DNA from: Escherichia coli | GTDB lineage: Bacteria; Pseudomonadota; Gammaproteobacteria; Enterobacterales; Enterobacteriaceae | Length of the DNA: 64,000 bases | Direction: 5' to 3' (one strand) | NCBI RefSeq assembly: GCF_046105845.1 | Contig: NZ_CP151004.1 | Part shown: piece after piece, positions 42,186 to 53,055 of the stretch | Numbering within the stretch: position 1 is the stretch's first letter | Layout of the letters: the number at the start of each line of letters is the position of its first letter | Notes under the pieces: generated by a model | Told to the model about the DNA's origin: nothing | The model's input: only the letters and a program-made list of their open reading frames with translations | Databases searched by the model: none | Translations under genes and position numbers: made by a program

Positions 42186-42531
42186 TCAGGGCACAGTTGC
42201 GAAAATTGAATCCCTTATGGACTAATGTGAGAAAATTCCGAGGTATGACTGTTTTGATATAGTGGACAATCAAGCGTCTCGAATTAACAATGAATTTCAG
42301 GTGCCAAGCCTTACAATTTGTAGCATGACGGATATAGGACAACATTAGGAAATCGGACAGAAAATTCATCATAATAAAATGACAACTTATCTCTTTCTCT
42401 CACTTTCTGAGAAATTTCACAAAAGTATAAACTAAGCCAATATGCCTTTATATATAAAAAATACTCATGCTTATTTTTATCGGAAAAATCCAAAATTTTG
42501 TCAAGACCATCAAAAATATCTTTATCATGAT

Positions 42532-43448
42532 CTATATGTACTCTTGATGATGGATCGCTGTGGCGAACTTTTCTGCGGTTAAATCAGCAGAACTGATATA
42601 ATATCTGACCGTCATTTCTGGCTCTTTCTTTTGTTCTGCTATTATGGACCGAAAGGAGACTGCAACGCATAATTTCTTCAGTCCTTTCCATTCAAACGTG
42701 AAATCAATAAGTTCATCAGGGACATCGCAAACAATATGAAGACGGATTTCTTCTCTGCCGTGACTCTTTTCACTAATGGCGTAACTGTCATGTTCTGGAT
42801 TATTTAATTCTTTCAGTGGAAATTTTTCCTCAAAGGCTTTATTAAGCCGCCCCTGATTTCCTTTTACAGCGAATAAATAATCACCGCCCTGTTTTGTATC
42901 TTCTCTGCAATATCTTTCTGGCAACCCATCGCATCAGTTGTGATGATTTTTCCTTTAATATCCAGCATGTTAAGAAGTTCAGGGATAGCTGTAATTTCAT
43001 TGGATTTCTCATCCGTCCTGATCTGTCCGATGACCAGACTGTGCATTGTTGAGAACGCACTAATGACATGAATCGCTCCCTTGCGGCGACTCTTGTCATA
43101 AGAATGCCGGAGTGTTTTTCCATCAATTGCGATGACGTCTTTATCATCTGAAGAATGGCAGTCACGCATCCAGTTAATAAAGCACTCGTGAAATTTTGCA
43201 GGACTGATACAGGATACAACTCTGGCAATGGTATCGTGAACAGGAATACCATTATCAAAATTACCATATTGCTTCAAAAAATCGAGATGTGTTTCCCCAA
43301 AATCCTCTATATCTTCCCAGCCTTCTGCACCCGAAATAACGGCACAAATAGTCAACAGTAGAATATCCGATAATTTATGTTCCACTTTCCAGGCTTGTCT
43401 GTAATCGGGGATAATAGAAATATGTCCCATCAATTTTTTAAGTTCCAT
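42532..43448 (-). mobile_element. ISAs1-family (H-repeat-associated, YdcC-like) transposase, inactivated: frameshift after ~codon 187 and 3'-truncated
   Basis: Two overlapping minus-strand track ORFs (42864..43448, 42532..42924) in different frames; together match an H-repeat transposase up to ...TAEKFATAI, then diverge/stop; frame change maps to a short T-run near 42892-42895. Confidence 0.8.
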
Positions 43449-43836
43449 TTTGTTCTCCTTAATTATGTAAGGAGTATTTGATCATGTATAAGCAATAAAA
43501 ACAGCTTCAGGAAATAAGGAATATCGCAATTTTTAAACATAAAATGCGAATCGTTCAATACAAAAAAGCAGCGTTGCGTAATCTTTCCCTGATTAAATAC
43601 GCTACCGCCCTACCCTGATGACATGATCTGCACTGCACTATCATATCGACATGTTTCTCTACATGCGAAAAGATGTTTTATTTTTGGATTATATTAAATT
43701 GATATTTCATATAAAAAACGAAATTACATCAATCATATAAATAGTTGTACCAACTTTAATTACTATTCATAGCAAACAAATGGATATCCAGTTAACTACG
43801 CCAGTGATTCATTAACATTAACCTCCGGCATTATTG

Positions 43837-44454
43837 TTAAATAATTTCATTCCTTTTTAATACTTCTTGTAATTTCGGTAACTGACATACAGCATCAGCA
43901 ATCGCACTGATATTCGTAGCATTATCCTGAAACCATTCATGCCCCGGCCCCCATGTGCGCATGGTGCAGAGATAACAGTCCACCAGCGTTAGTTGCTCAC
44001 CAAAGGCATAAGGTTCAGCGGTCAATTGTGAATTCAGCCAGATATAAAGCGATTTGCGATATTCAATTACATTCCTCTTTAACTGTTCAGGCGCGTCAGG
44101 AGCCCAACGCTCAGGGTAATCGGCGAAAGTGAATGTTGGATAGACATTAGCAACCAGCCAGACCAATAGCCGTTGAAACTGCTGACGTTCGGCGCGCCCA
44201 AGCGGTGGCGCAAGGTCCGGGCGACGATCGAGAACCATCAATGCAATCGCCGCTGTCTCCGTCATAATCTCGTCATTTTCCAGCGCCAGTGTCGGAATCT
44301 GACACAACGGGTTCAGGGTTTTCAATAACTCGCGTGAAGTTCCCTCGTGGTCAAAACCACTGACATCAACGAACTGATAAGGAATATCAGCCAGTGTTAG
44401 CATCAGCTCACTGATTGTAGAGCCCCATCCGGGTACGCCATACACCTTAATCAT
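43837..44454 (-). CDS. yncG: Glutathione S-transferase family protein, 205 aa
   Basis: Track ORF; GST-fold N-terminus (MIKVYGVPGWGST...). Confidence 0.88.
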   Translation of the reverse strand: MIKVYGVPGWGSTISELMLTLADIPYQFVDVSGFDHEGTSRELLKTLNPLCQIPTLALENDEIMTETAAIALMVLDRRPDLAPPLGRAERQQFQRLLVWLVANVYPTFTFADYPERWAPDAPEQLKRNVIEYRKSLYIWLNSQLTAEPYAFGEQLTLVDCYLCTMRTWGPGHEWFQDNATNISAIADAVCQLPKLQEVLKRNEII

Positions 44455-44720
44455 ATGTCCCTCACAATCTTTTAAAGATTAAGTGTAGGACAGTACACAG
44501 GTTAACCAGCAAAAGGATTTGTCATTTTTTCGTCAGTTGTATTATTCCCCTTCAGGATTGTAAGGGGATGTTTTGCATCGTTTATCGATAACGGGTAGGA
44601 TGCTGCGCCGATAGTTTTATACCCATAAAGAATAATGGTGATAACTATCATCGCCAGGATGAATAAACATTGTTCATGGCAACTTATATGACTTTTTCAT
44701 TAAAGCAATCAGGGAGAGCA

Positions 44721-46220
44721 ATGAGTAAACACGACACCGACACTTCAGATCAACACGCCGCGAAACGCCGCTGGCTTAATGCCCACGAAGAGGGGTATCA
44801 CAAAGCGATGGGCAATCGCCAGGTGCAGATGATCGCCATTGGCGGCGCGATTGGCACCGGCTTGTTTTTAGGTGCAGGAGCCCGACTGCAAATGGCGGGG
44901 CCAGCACTGGCACTGGTCTATTTAATCTGCGGCCTGTTTTCATTTTTTATTCTGCGTGCATTGGGTGAGCTGGTGTTACACCGCCCTTCCAGTGGCAGTT
45001 TTGTCTCTTATGCCCGTGAGTTTTTAGGAGAGAAAGCCGCTTACGTTGCAGGCTGGATGTACTTCATCAACTGGGCGATGACGGGGATTGTCGATATTAC
45101 CGCCGTTGCACTGTATATGCATTACTGGGGTGCGTTTGGCGGCGTGCCGCAGTGGGTCTTTGCGCTCGCTGCGCTGACCATCGTTGGCACCATGAATATG
45201 ATTGGTGTGAAATGGTTTGCCGAGATGGAGTTCTGGTTTGCGCTTATTAAAGTGCTCGCCATTGTGACCTTTTTGGTCGTGGGTACAGTGTTCCTCGGTA
45301 GTGGTCAGCCGCTGGATGGCAACACCACTGGCTTTCATTTAATTACCGATAACGGCGGCTTCTTCCCCCACGGTTTGCTACCTGCGCTGGTGTTGATTCA
45401 GGGCGTAGTGTTTGCTTTTGCCTCCATTGAAATGGTGGGTACAGCTGCCGGAGAATGTAAAGATCCGCAGACCATGGTGCCTAAAGCGATTAACAGTGTG
45501 ATTTGGCGTATTGGCCTGTTTTACGTCGGCTCCGTGGTGTTGCTGGTTATGTTATTGCCGTGGAGCGCGTATCAGGCGGGGCAAAGTCCGTTCGTGACGT
45601 TTTTCTCTAAACTGGGTGTGCCGTACATCGGCAGCATTATGAACATTGTGGTGCTGACCGCTGCCCTCTCCAGCCTGAACTCAGGTCTGTACTGCACCGG
45701 ACGTATTCTGCGCTCGATGGCGATGGGCGGTTCCGCACCGAGTTTTATGGCGAAAATGAGTCGTCAGCATGTGCCGTATGCCGGGATTCTGGCGACACTG
45801 GTTGTGTATGTCGTCGGCGTATTCCTCAACTATCTGGTGCCGTCGCGCGTATTTGAGATTGTGTTGAACTTCGCGTCGCTGGGAATCATCGCTTCATGGG
45901 CGTTTATCATCGTGTGCCAGATGCGCCTGCGTAAAGCGATTAAAGAAGGCAAAGCAGCGGATGTCAGTTTTAAACTGCCTGGCGCGCCCTTCACTTCCTG
46001 GCTGACATTACTGTTTTTGCTGAGCGTCCTGGTGCTGATGGCGTTCGATTACCCGAACGGGACTTATACCATCGCGGCGCTGCCGATTATCGGTATTCTG
46101 CTGGTTATAGGCTGGTTTGGTGTGCGCAAACGCGTTGCTGAAATTCACAGCACTGCGCCAGTCGTCGAGGAAGATGAAGAACAACAGGAAATTGTGTTTA
46201 AACCTGAAACGGCGAGTTAA
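44721..46220 (+). CDS. ansP: L-asparagine permease (APC family), 499 aa
   Basis: Track ORF 44670..46220; start at Met MSKHDTDTSDQHAAKRRWLN... Confidence 0.94.
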   Translation: MSKHDTDTSDQHAAKRRWLNAHEEGYHKAMGNRQVQMIAIGGAIGTGLFLGAGARLQMAGPALALVYLICGLFSFFILRALGELVLHRPSSGSFVSYAREFLGEKAAYVAGWMYFINWAMTGIVDITAVALYMHYWGAFGGVPQWVFALAALTIVGTMNMIGVKWFAEMEFWFALIKVLAIVTFLVVGTVFLGSGQPLDGNTTGFHLITDNGGFFPHGLLPALVLIQGVVFAFASIEMVGTAAGECKDPQTMVPKAINSVIWRIGLFYVGSVVLLVMLLPWSAYQAGQSPFVTFFSKLGVPYIGSIMNIVVLTAALSSLNSGLYCTGRILRSMAMGGSAPSFMAKMSRQHVPYAGILATLVVYVVGVFLNYLVPSRVFEIVLNFASLGIIASWAFIIVCQMRLRKAIKEGKAADVSFKLPGAPFTSWLTLLFLLSVLVLMAFDYPNGTYTIAALPIIGILLVIGWFGVRKRVAEIHSTAPVVEEDEEQQEIVFKPETAS

Positions 46221-46228
46221 TTGCAAAA

Positions 46229-46251
46229 TTGCCCGGCTACGTGCCGGGCAA
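46229..46251 (+). terminator. Terminator-like hairpin after ansP (TTGCCCGGC / GCCGGGCAA)
   Basis: 9-bp stem directly after stop; weak T-tract. Confidence 0.45.
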
Positions 46252-46333
46252 ATTCAAATTACTGACGAAGGTGCCGGATACGGCGTGATAAAAGTCAGGC
46301 AAGTCTCTCCGTTTTCACCCTCGCCCATGTCGT

Positions 46334-47395
46334 TTATAGCGCAATACGAATCACATCGTCCGGCTGGGTTGCTTCCTGCTGTTTAGTGGATTTTTGTTTC
46401 ACACTGACATACAGCGTTTTACCATCGGCAGACAGCGCCAGGCTGTTCGGATGAGTCGGCGTATCGAACGTTTTCACCACTTTATAGCTTTTCGCGTCAA
46501 TCACACTGACTTTACCTGCCTGACGATGCGTTACGTAGGCTTCATTACGCGCGGGGTTAAACAGCACAGCCAGTGATTCCGGTGCCGCAACCTTCGCCAG
46601 AATATTGCCATTGCGGGTATCGACCACTAACACTTCTGCCGCTTTAGAATCGGTGATAAATGCACGCTGCCTGGCGGTATCAAGGCTGATGTTGATAAAG
46701 AAGTGCTCTTTGCCATCATCCAGCAGCTTTTTACGGCTGAGGATTTTATTGTCGGCGGTGTCGATGGTAATCAATTCGCCGTCAGCGTTAGTGGTGTAAA
46801 GACGTTTGCCTTTGCTATCCAGCGCTAAACCGGTACTCATTTTACCGGTGTTCTGGATGGCGGTTTTCAGTTTGATATTCTCGCCATCAACGACCCAAAT
46901 CACGCTATCTTTACCAATACCACTGATGTAAACGGTGTTCGTGGCATCATCAGCTACCAGCTCACGCGGTTGCAGCGGGCGCACCTCTTCCGTGCGCTTA
47001 CGATCATCCAGCACCAGACGGCCTTTCACTTCGCCCGTTTTGGCATCTATCGCCGTGACCGCGCTGTTTACGGTGTTACCAAACCACAACGTCTGAGTCG
47101 TGTTATTGATGGTGGCACCAAACGGCTTGAGATCGTTATGGATCGCCTGCGTCACTTCCAGAGTGACCGGATCAAGACGATAAACCACGCCACCTTTATC
47201 CAGTTTGCGGCTTTGCGAAGTGGCGAGCCACAGCGCGTTTTCTTGCTGGCTATAAGCCATTTCGTAGGCACCTTTACCTACCGCTTTACGCAGCATTTCT
47301 TCTGCGGCCTGCGTACTGAATGATGAAGCAACAAGCAATGAACCTAACAGTAATGAACCACGCAGGCGCGATGAAAACAGATGACGTAAATGCAT
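46334..47395 (-). CDS. yncE: PQQ-like/YVTN beta-propeller repeat protein with signal peptide, 353 aa
   Basis: Track ORF; signal peptide; recognised as YncE. Confidence 0.92.
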   Translation of the reverse strand: MHLRHLFSSRLRGSLLLGSLLVASSFSTQAAEEMLRKAVGKGAYEMAYSQQENALWLATSQSRKLDKGGVVYRLDPVTLEVTQAIHNDLKPFGATINNTTQTLWFGNTVNSAVTAIDAKTGEVKGRLVLDDRKRTEEVRPLQPRELVADDATNTVYISGIGKDSVIWVVDGENIKLKTAIQNTGKMSTGLALDSKGKRLYTTNADGELITIDTADNKILSRKKLLDDGKEHFFINISLDTARQRAFITDSKAAEVLVVDTRNGNILAKVAAPESLAVLFNPARNEAYVTHRQAGKVSVIDAKSYKVVKTFDTPTHPNSLALSADGKTLYVSVKQKSTKQQEATQPDDVIRIAL

Positions 47396-47636
47396 GACGA
47401 CTCCCTTTGATGAACCGATATTTTTGCTGCTTCACAATGCTTCGCTAAGCGTAATCATCGTTACGCTCTTGTTATAAATGGGAATGGTAATCATTATTTT
47501 CTCAAATGTGGAGCATTTCTTGCCGTTACGACTACAATTTTCTCAATTACTTAACGTATCGTGCCGTTTCGTTTTCCATAAATTTACAATTTTATTACCA
47601 TGGCGGCGTTTTCCCATTCTTAACCTGGCTTTTTTC

Positions 47637-49739
47637 ATGAAGATTTTTTCCGTCCGACAGACCGTTTTGCCCGCACTGCTTGTCCTTTCCCCCGTTGTTT
47701 TTGCCGCTGATGAACAGACCATGATTGTCAGTGCCGCACCGCAGGTGGTTTCAGAACTGGATACCCCAGCAGCCGTGAGCGTGGTGGATGGCGAGGAGAT
47801 GCGCCTGGCAACACCGCGCATTAACTTGTCCGAATCACTGACCAGCGTGCCTGGTTTGCAGGTACAAAACCGGCAGAACTATGCGCAAGATTTACAGCTG
47901 TCGATTCGCGGATTTGGCTCCCGCTCCACTTACGGAATTCGCGGTATTCGCCTGTATGTGGACGGTATTCCCGCCACCATGCCCGACGGACAAGGGCAAA
48001 CATCCAACATCGATTTAAGCAGTGTACAAAATGTGGAAGTGCTGCGCGGCCCCTTCTCTGCCCTGTATGGCAACGCCTCCGGCGGGGTGATGAATGTCAC
48101 TACGCAAACCGGACAGCAACCGCCAACCATTGAAGCCAGTAGTTACTACGGCAGTTTTGGCAGCTGGCGCTATGGGCTGAAAGCAACGGGCGCAACGGGC
48201 GACGGCACACAGCCTGGCGATGTCGATTACACCGTCTCAACCACGCGCTTTACGACCCACGGCTATCGTGACCATAGCGGCGCACAGAAAAATTTGGCCA
48301 ATGCCAAACTGGGCGTACGCATTGATGAAGCCAGTAAATTAAGCCTGATTTTCAATAGTGTGGATATCAAAGCAGATGATCCTGGTGGATTAACCGAAGC
48401 AGAATGGAAGGCGAATCCGCAACAAGCGCCACGCGCTGAACAGTACGACACGCGAAAAAGCATCAAGCAAACTCAGGCTGGGTTGCGCTATGAACGTAGC
48501 CTGAGCGCACAAGATGATATGAGTGTAATGATGTATGCCGGAGAGCGAGAAACGACCCAGTACCAGTCAATACCCATGGCACCACAACTTAACCCGTCGC
48601 ATGCGGGCGGCGTGATTACTCTGCAACGCCATTATCAGGGGATAGACAGCCGCTGGACACACCGTGGCGAGCTGGGCGTTCCGGTCACGTTCACTACTGG
48701 CCTGAACTACGAAAACATGAGTGAAAACCGCAAGGGCTACAATAACTTCCGCCTGTATAGCGGCGTGCCGGAATACGGGCAAAAAGGTGAGTTGCGCCGC
48801 GACGAACGCAATCTGATGTGGAACGTCGATCCCTATTTACAGACACAGTGGCAGCTGAGTGAAAAACTGTCGCTGGATGCTGGCGTGCGCTACAGTTCCG
48901 TGTGGTTTGATTCCAACGACCATTACGTTACTCCGGGTAACGGCGATGACAGCGGTGATGCCAGTTATCACAAATGGCTACCTGCCGGATCGTTAAAATA
49001 TGCAATGACCGATGCCTGGAATATCTATCTGGCAGCCGGGCGTGGTTTTGAAACGCCGACGATTAATGAGCTGTCTTATCGTGCTGACGGTCAAAGCGGT
49101 ATGAACTTTGGTTTAAAACCATCCACCAACGATACAATTGAGATCGGCAGTAAAACGCGTATTGGTGATGGGCTGCTTAGTCTCGCATTGTTCCAGACCG
49201 ACACCGATGATGAAATTGTTGTTGATAGCAGTAGCGGTGGGCGTACGACTTACAAAAATGCCGGAAAGACCCGTCGTCAAGGCGCTGAACTGGCATGGGA
49301 TCAACGTTTCGCGGGAGATTTTCGCGTAAACGCGTCCTGGACCTGGCTCGATGCGACCTATCGCAGCAATGTGTGCAATGAACAGGATTGTAACGGTAAC
49401 CGGATGCCAGGGATCGCCCGTAATATGGGCTTTGCGTCGATAGGTTATGTACCGGAAGATGGCTGGTATGCAGGTACGGAAGCGCGTTACATGGGCGATA
49501 TTATGGCAGATGATGAAAATACGGCCAAAGCGCCGTCTTATACTCTCGTCGGCTTATTCACCGGGTATAAATACAATTACCACAATTTAACTGTGGATTT
49601 ATTTGGTTGTGTCGATAATTTATTCGATAAAGGATACGTTGGTTCTGTCATTGTCAATGAGTCAAACGGGCGATATTACGAACCTGCGCCCGGGCGAAAT
49701 TATGGTGTCGGCATGAATATTGCGTGGCGATTTGAGTAA
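47637..49739 (+). CDS. yncD: TonB-dependent outer membrane receptor, 700 aa
   Basis: Track ORF 47478..49739; start at Met MKIFSVRQTVLPALLVLSPVVFA (signal peptide); C-terminal ...AWRFE barrel terminus. Confidence 0.92.
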   Translation: MKIFSVRQTVLPALLVLSPVVFAADEQTMIVSAAPQVVSELDTPAAVSVVDGEEMRLATPRINLSESLTSVPGLQVQNRQNYAQDLQLSIRGFGSRSTYGIRGIRLYVDGIPATMPDGQGQTSNIDLSSVQNVEVLRGPFSALYGNASGGVMNVTTQTGQQPPTIEASSYYGSFGSWRYGLKATGATGDGTQPGDVDYTVSTTRFTTHGYRDHSGAQKNLANAKLGVRIDEASKLSLIFNSVDIKADDPGGLTEAEWKANPQQAPRAEQYDTRKSIKQTQAGLRYERSLSAQDDMSVMMYAGERETTQYQSIPMAPQLNPSHAGGVITLQRHYQGIDSRWTHRGELGVPVTFTTGLNYENMSENRKGYNNFRLYSGVPEYGQKGELRRDERNLMWNVDPYLQTQWQLSEKLSLDAGVRYSSVWFDSNDHYVTPGNGDDSGDASYHKWLPAGSLKYAMTDAWNIYLAAGRGFETPTINELSYRADGQSGMNFGLKPSTNDTIEIGSKTRIGDGLLSLALFQTDTDDEIVVDSSSGGRTTYKNAGKTRRQGAELAWDQRFAGDFRVNASWTWLDATYRSNVCNEQDCNGNRMPGIARNMGFASIGYVPEDGWYAGTEARYMGDIMADDENTAKAPSYTLVGLFTGYKYNYHNLTVDLFGCVDNLFDKGYVGSVIVNESNGRYYEPAPGRNYGVGMNIAWRFE

Positions 49740-49747
49740 TTACCTTG

Positions 49748-49769
49748 ATGCCCGGTATTTGCCGGGCAT
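49748..49769. terminator. Bidirectional terminator between yncD (+) and mcbR (-) (ATGCCCGG-TATTTG-CCGGGCAT)
   Basis: 8-bp perfect stem flanked by T/A runs between convergent genes. Confidence 0.55.
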
Positions 49770-49774
49770 TTAAT

Positions 49775-50440
49775 TTAACGATTGTATTGCTGGTATAAAA
49801 TAGCAATATTTTGTTGCATAATTTCAGCAAGAAAATGTCTGCATCCCTCTTTGTCTTTTGCTTTTAACGCGGCGAGTAATAGACGATAGTTTTCTATACG
49901 CTCCCGTAATTCCGCTGGATTAATCGCTTCATAGAGATAATGTAAACCAGGTCCCATCCTGACCCACAGTTGCTCAATCATCTCACACAAGATGGGCATA
50001 TTTGAACGATAATAAATCGCTAAGCGAAATAGCCTGTTCGCATTAATGATTTGTTCCATTTCGCCCTTTTCTTGCGCCTGCTGTAATTTCTCGAGCAATT
50101 CCTCGAGTTCCGCCAGGTCTTGCGGGGTGAGGTTTTCAACAGCCAGAGCAACTGCCATTAATTCCAGTTCGTAGCGGATCCGATTGATTTCGTCTAATTG
50201 ACGTTTCCCCACTTCCGGAACTGTAAATGCTTGCGCTGGTGCGACAGAAAGCGCATTCACCGAAACCAGACGTAATAATGCTTCACGCACAGGTGTAATA
50301 CTCATACCTAATTGCTCCGCCAGATTTTTAGTAATCAGGCGTGCGCCAGGTTTTAGTGCTCCAATACTAAGCTGATGTTTCAGGTCGTTCTCAACCTTCA
50401 TAGTTAAACTGATATGCGGTATTTTTTCCGTTCCAGGCAT
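49775..50440 (-). CDS. mcbR: GntR/FadR-family transcriptional regulator McbR (YncC), 221 aa
   Basis: Track ORF; N-terminal winged HTH. Confidence 0.92.
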   Translation of the reverse strand: MPGTEKIPHISLTMKVENDLKHQLSIGALKPGARLITKNLAEQLGMSITPVREALLRLVSVNALSVAPAQAFTVPEVGKRQLDEINRIRYELELMAVALAVENLTPQDLAELEELLEKLQQAQEKGEMEQIINANRLFRLAIYYRSNMPILCEMIEQLWVRMGPGLHYLYEAINPAELRERIENYRLLLAALKAKDKEGCRHFLAEIMQQNIAILYQQYNR

Positions 50441-50638
50441 GTTATTTCCTTCAGGTGTTTTCGTTCCAACTCTGCCAGCACAGCAGAAGTCGTTTACCTG
50501 GCGTATGAAGCTGAATAATCATTATCCACTCACCTTTATTGTTATTAGCTACAGAACAGAGAAGTGGTAAGTTAATTAAAGCTGGAAATAAGCTTTTTGT
50601 CTGGATTTTTATGGCGACTTTACGCCGCCGTCGTATCT

Positions 50639-51676
50639 TTAATCATCACCCGCCACGCGGATCACCACTTTGCCGAAGTTTTTACCCTTCAGCAGGCCGA
50701 TAAATGTCTGTGGCGCATTCTCTAAACCGTCAGTAATTTCTTCGCGGTAGTGGATTTTATCCTCTTTCACCCATTGCCCCATCTCCTTCTGAAACTCATG
50801 GATGCGGTGACCATAATCCTGAGCGATAATAAATCCTTGCAAGCGAATACGTTTTTTCAGCACTGTAGCCATCAACAGAGGTAAACGATCCGGACCGGGT
50901 GGTAGCTCTGTAGCGTTATAGCTGCTCACTAAGCCACAAACGGGAATGCGCGCAGATGTATTAAGTAAAGGTAGCACTGCATCAAATACCTTACCGCCCA
51001 CGTTTTCATAATAGATATCAATACCTTTTGGGCACGCTTTCGCCAGTTGTTCGGCAAAATCATCCGCATGGTGATCAAGGCATACATCGAAGCCTAACAC
51101 CTCGGTAGCATGGCGGCATTTTTCCGCGCCACCGGCTATCCCCACCACCCTGCAACCTTTAAGTTTGCCGATTTGACCCACCGTCGCCCCCACTGGTCCT
51201 GTCGCCGCAGCTACCACCAGCGTTTCGCCCTCTTTGGGCTGACCGATATCCAGCAGCCCCATATAAGCGGTAAAGCCTGGCATCCCCAGCACACCCAGCG
51301 ACCACGATGGATTTTGCGGATGATCGCCAAGTTTCACCAGTTCATCACCACTGGATATGTCATAGTCCTGCCATCCACTGTAGCCCAGTACCCAGTCGCC
51401 AGGCTGATAATCAGGATGATTCGACTCCACGACACGGCTCACCGTGCCGCCGACCATCACGCCGCCAATATCAACAGGCGGTGAATAAGATGGCTCATCG
51501 CTCATACGTCCACGCATATACGGGTCCAGGGACAAATAAACTGTGCGCAGTAACACCTGTCCTTCACCCGGTGTGGCGACATCATCTTCTTCAAGACGGA
51601 AATTCTCCGGAACCGGTGCGCCATGCGGACGCGAGGCCAGAACCCAACGGCGGTTACGCTGCTTTTGTTGCCCCAT
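50639..51676 (-). CDS. curA: NADPH-dependent curcumin/dihydrocurcumin reductase (MDR superfamily), 345 aa
   Basis: Track ORF 50639..51769; start at internal Met MGQQKQRNRRWVLASRPHG... Confidence 0.92.
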   Translation of the reverse strand: MGQQKQRNRRWVLASRPHGAPVPENFRLEEDDVATPGEGQVLLRTVYLSLDPYMRGRMSDEPSYSPPVDIGGVMVGGTVSRVVESNHPDYQPGDWVLGYSGWQDYDISSGDELVKLGDHPQNPSWSLGVLGMPGFTAYMGLLDIGQPKEGETLVVAAATGPVGATVGQIGKLKGCRVVGIAGGAEKCRHATEVLGFDVCLDHHADDFAEQLAKACPKGIDIYYENVGGKVFDAVLPLLNTSARIPVCGLVSSYNATELPPGPDRLPLLMATVLKKRIRLQGFIIAQDYGHRIHEFQKEMGQWVKEDKIHYREEITDGLENAPQTFIGLLKGKNFGKVVIRVAGDD

Positions 51677-51856
51677 AATGCTCTCCTGTGCTTTTAGCAT
51701 GAATCCATCAATAGTAGCAGGCTCACGGGATTGGTTTTGTTTGCAGCCGTCACATCCCCTCTGCAACACGCAATAATTTCATCGAGGAATCCGTTGCTTC
51801 GGGCTGTTTTCGATAGTATTGATAACATCATCATCATTATTTTATCGAGGCCAGAC

Positions 51857-52375
51857 ATGTCCATCCGTTTTGCCCGCAAAGCCGACTGTGCTGCCATTGC
51901 GGAAATTTATAACCACGCCGTGTTGTATACGGCGGCTATCTGGAATGACCAAACGGTGGATGCAGATAACCGCATTGCCTGGTTCGAAGCGCGGACTTTA
52001 GCAGGTTATCCGGTGCTGGTGAGTGAAGAAGATGGCGTCGTTACAGGATATGCCTCGTTTGGCGACTGGCGTAGTTTCGATGGTTTTCGCCATACCGTGG
52101 AACATTCGGTTTATGTCCATCCCGATCATCAGGGCAAAGGTCTTGGGCGTAAATTGTTAAGCCGATTGATTGATGAAGCGCGGGATTGCGGGAAGCATGT
52201 CATGGTCGCCGGGATCGAATCGCAAAATCAGGCGTCTTTGCATCTGCACCAGTCGTTGGGATTTGTCGTCACCGCACAAATGCCGCAGGTAGGCACTAAA
52301 TTTGGGCGCTGGCTGGATCTGACATTTATGCAGTTGCAACTCGACGAGCGCACTGAACCGGACGCGATTGGATGA
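51857..52375 (+). CDS. mnaT: GNAT-family L-amino acid N-acyltransferase MnaT (YncA), 172 aa
   Basis: Track ORF 51731..52375; start at internal Met MSIRFARKADCAAIAEIYNHAV... Confidence 0.9.
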   Translation: MSIRFARKADCAAIAEIYNHAVLYTAAIWNDQTVDADNRIAWFEARTLAGYPVLVSEEDGVVTGYASFGDWRSFDGFRHTVEHSVYVHPDHQGKGLGRKLLSRLIDEARDCGKHVMVAGIESQNQASLHLHQSLGFVVTAQMPQVGTKFGRWLDLTFMQLQLDERTEPDAIG

Positions 52376-52821
52376 ATCAGTCGCTTACCCTTGCTTTTTT
52401 GATTGCCGCCGGAATTGGTCTGGTAGTCCAGAACACGTTGATGGTGCGCATCACCCAGACCTCCTCTACCATTCTCATCGCCATGTTGCTGAACTCTTTG
52501 GTAGGAATTGTGCTGTTCGTTTCTATTTTATGGTTTAAACAAGGCATGGCGGGGTTTGGCGAACTGGTGTCCAGCGTGCGCTGGTGGACACTTATACCTG
52601 GCTTGCTGGGATCGTTTTTTGTCTTCGCCAGTATCAGCGGATATCAGAATGTGGGAGCGGCGACAACTATTGCGGTACTGGTCGCCAGCCAGCTGATTGG
52701 CGGTCTGGTGCTGGATATCTTCCGCAGCCATGGCGTACCACTACGGGCGTTGATCGGCCCAATTTGTGGCGCAATTTTACTTGTGGTTGGTGCCTGGCTG
52801 GTGGCCAGGCGCACATTTTAA
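52372..52821 (+). CDS. ydcZ: Inner membrane protein YdcZ (DMT-like), 149 aa
   Basis: Track ORF; overlaps mnaT stop by 4 nt. Confidence 0.9.
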   Translation: MNQSLTLAFLIAAGIGLVVQNTLMVRITQTSSTILIAMLLNSLVGIVLFVSILWFKQGMAGFGELVSSVRWWTLIPGLLGSFFVFASISGYQNVGAATTIAVLVASQLIGGLVLDIFRSHGVPLRALIGPICGAILLVVGAWLVARRTF

Positions 52822-53055
52822 TCAGAGGATGGTGCCACCTTTGGTTAACTGTTCGTGGCGCGCTTCCATATCTTCTTTATGCTTGCGACCGTGATGGGCG
52901 ATCGCTGTGCGCAGACGCTGCTGCTGGGTGTAGCGATCTTCCCGACTTAACTCCGCGTCATCGCTCAGGGCGATTAATAATTCGTTCATATGGGCAATGA
53001 CGCTCTCTTCAATCGCGGCATCCACGCGCGCGATGACTTCATCCAGATGCGACAT
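52822..53055 (-). CDS. ydcY: Uncharacterised protein YdcY, 77 aa
   Basis: Track ORF; conserved position. Confidence 0.85.
   Translation of the reverse strand: MSHLDEVIARVDAAIEESVIAHMNELLIALSDDAELSREDRYTQQQRLRTAIAHHGRKHKEDMEARHEQLTKGGTIL

Noticed and set aside
42181-42493. Two 60-63-aa minus-strand ORFs in the AT-rich stretch next to the transposase remnant
   Set aside because: Very AT-rich, low-complexity translations with no RBS or recognisable motif; more likely non-coding spacer
41920-42530. pptA (tautomerase) expected next to yddH from remembered K-12 order
   Set aside because: No ~77-codon ORF with a Pro-2 tautomerase N-terminus is present; the interval is AT-rich and carries only a GNAT fragment
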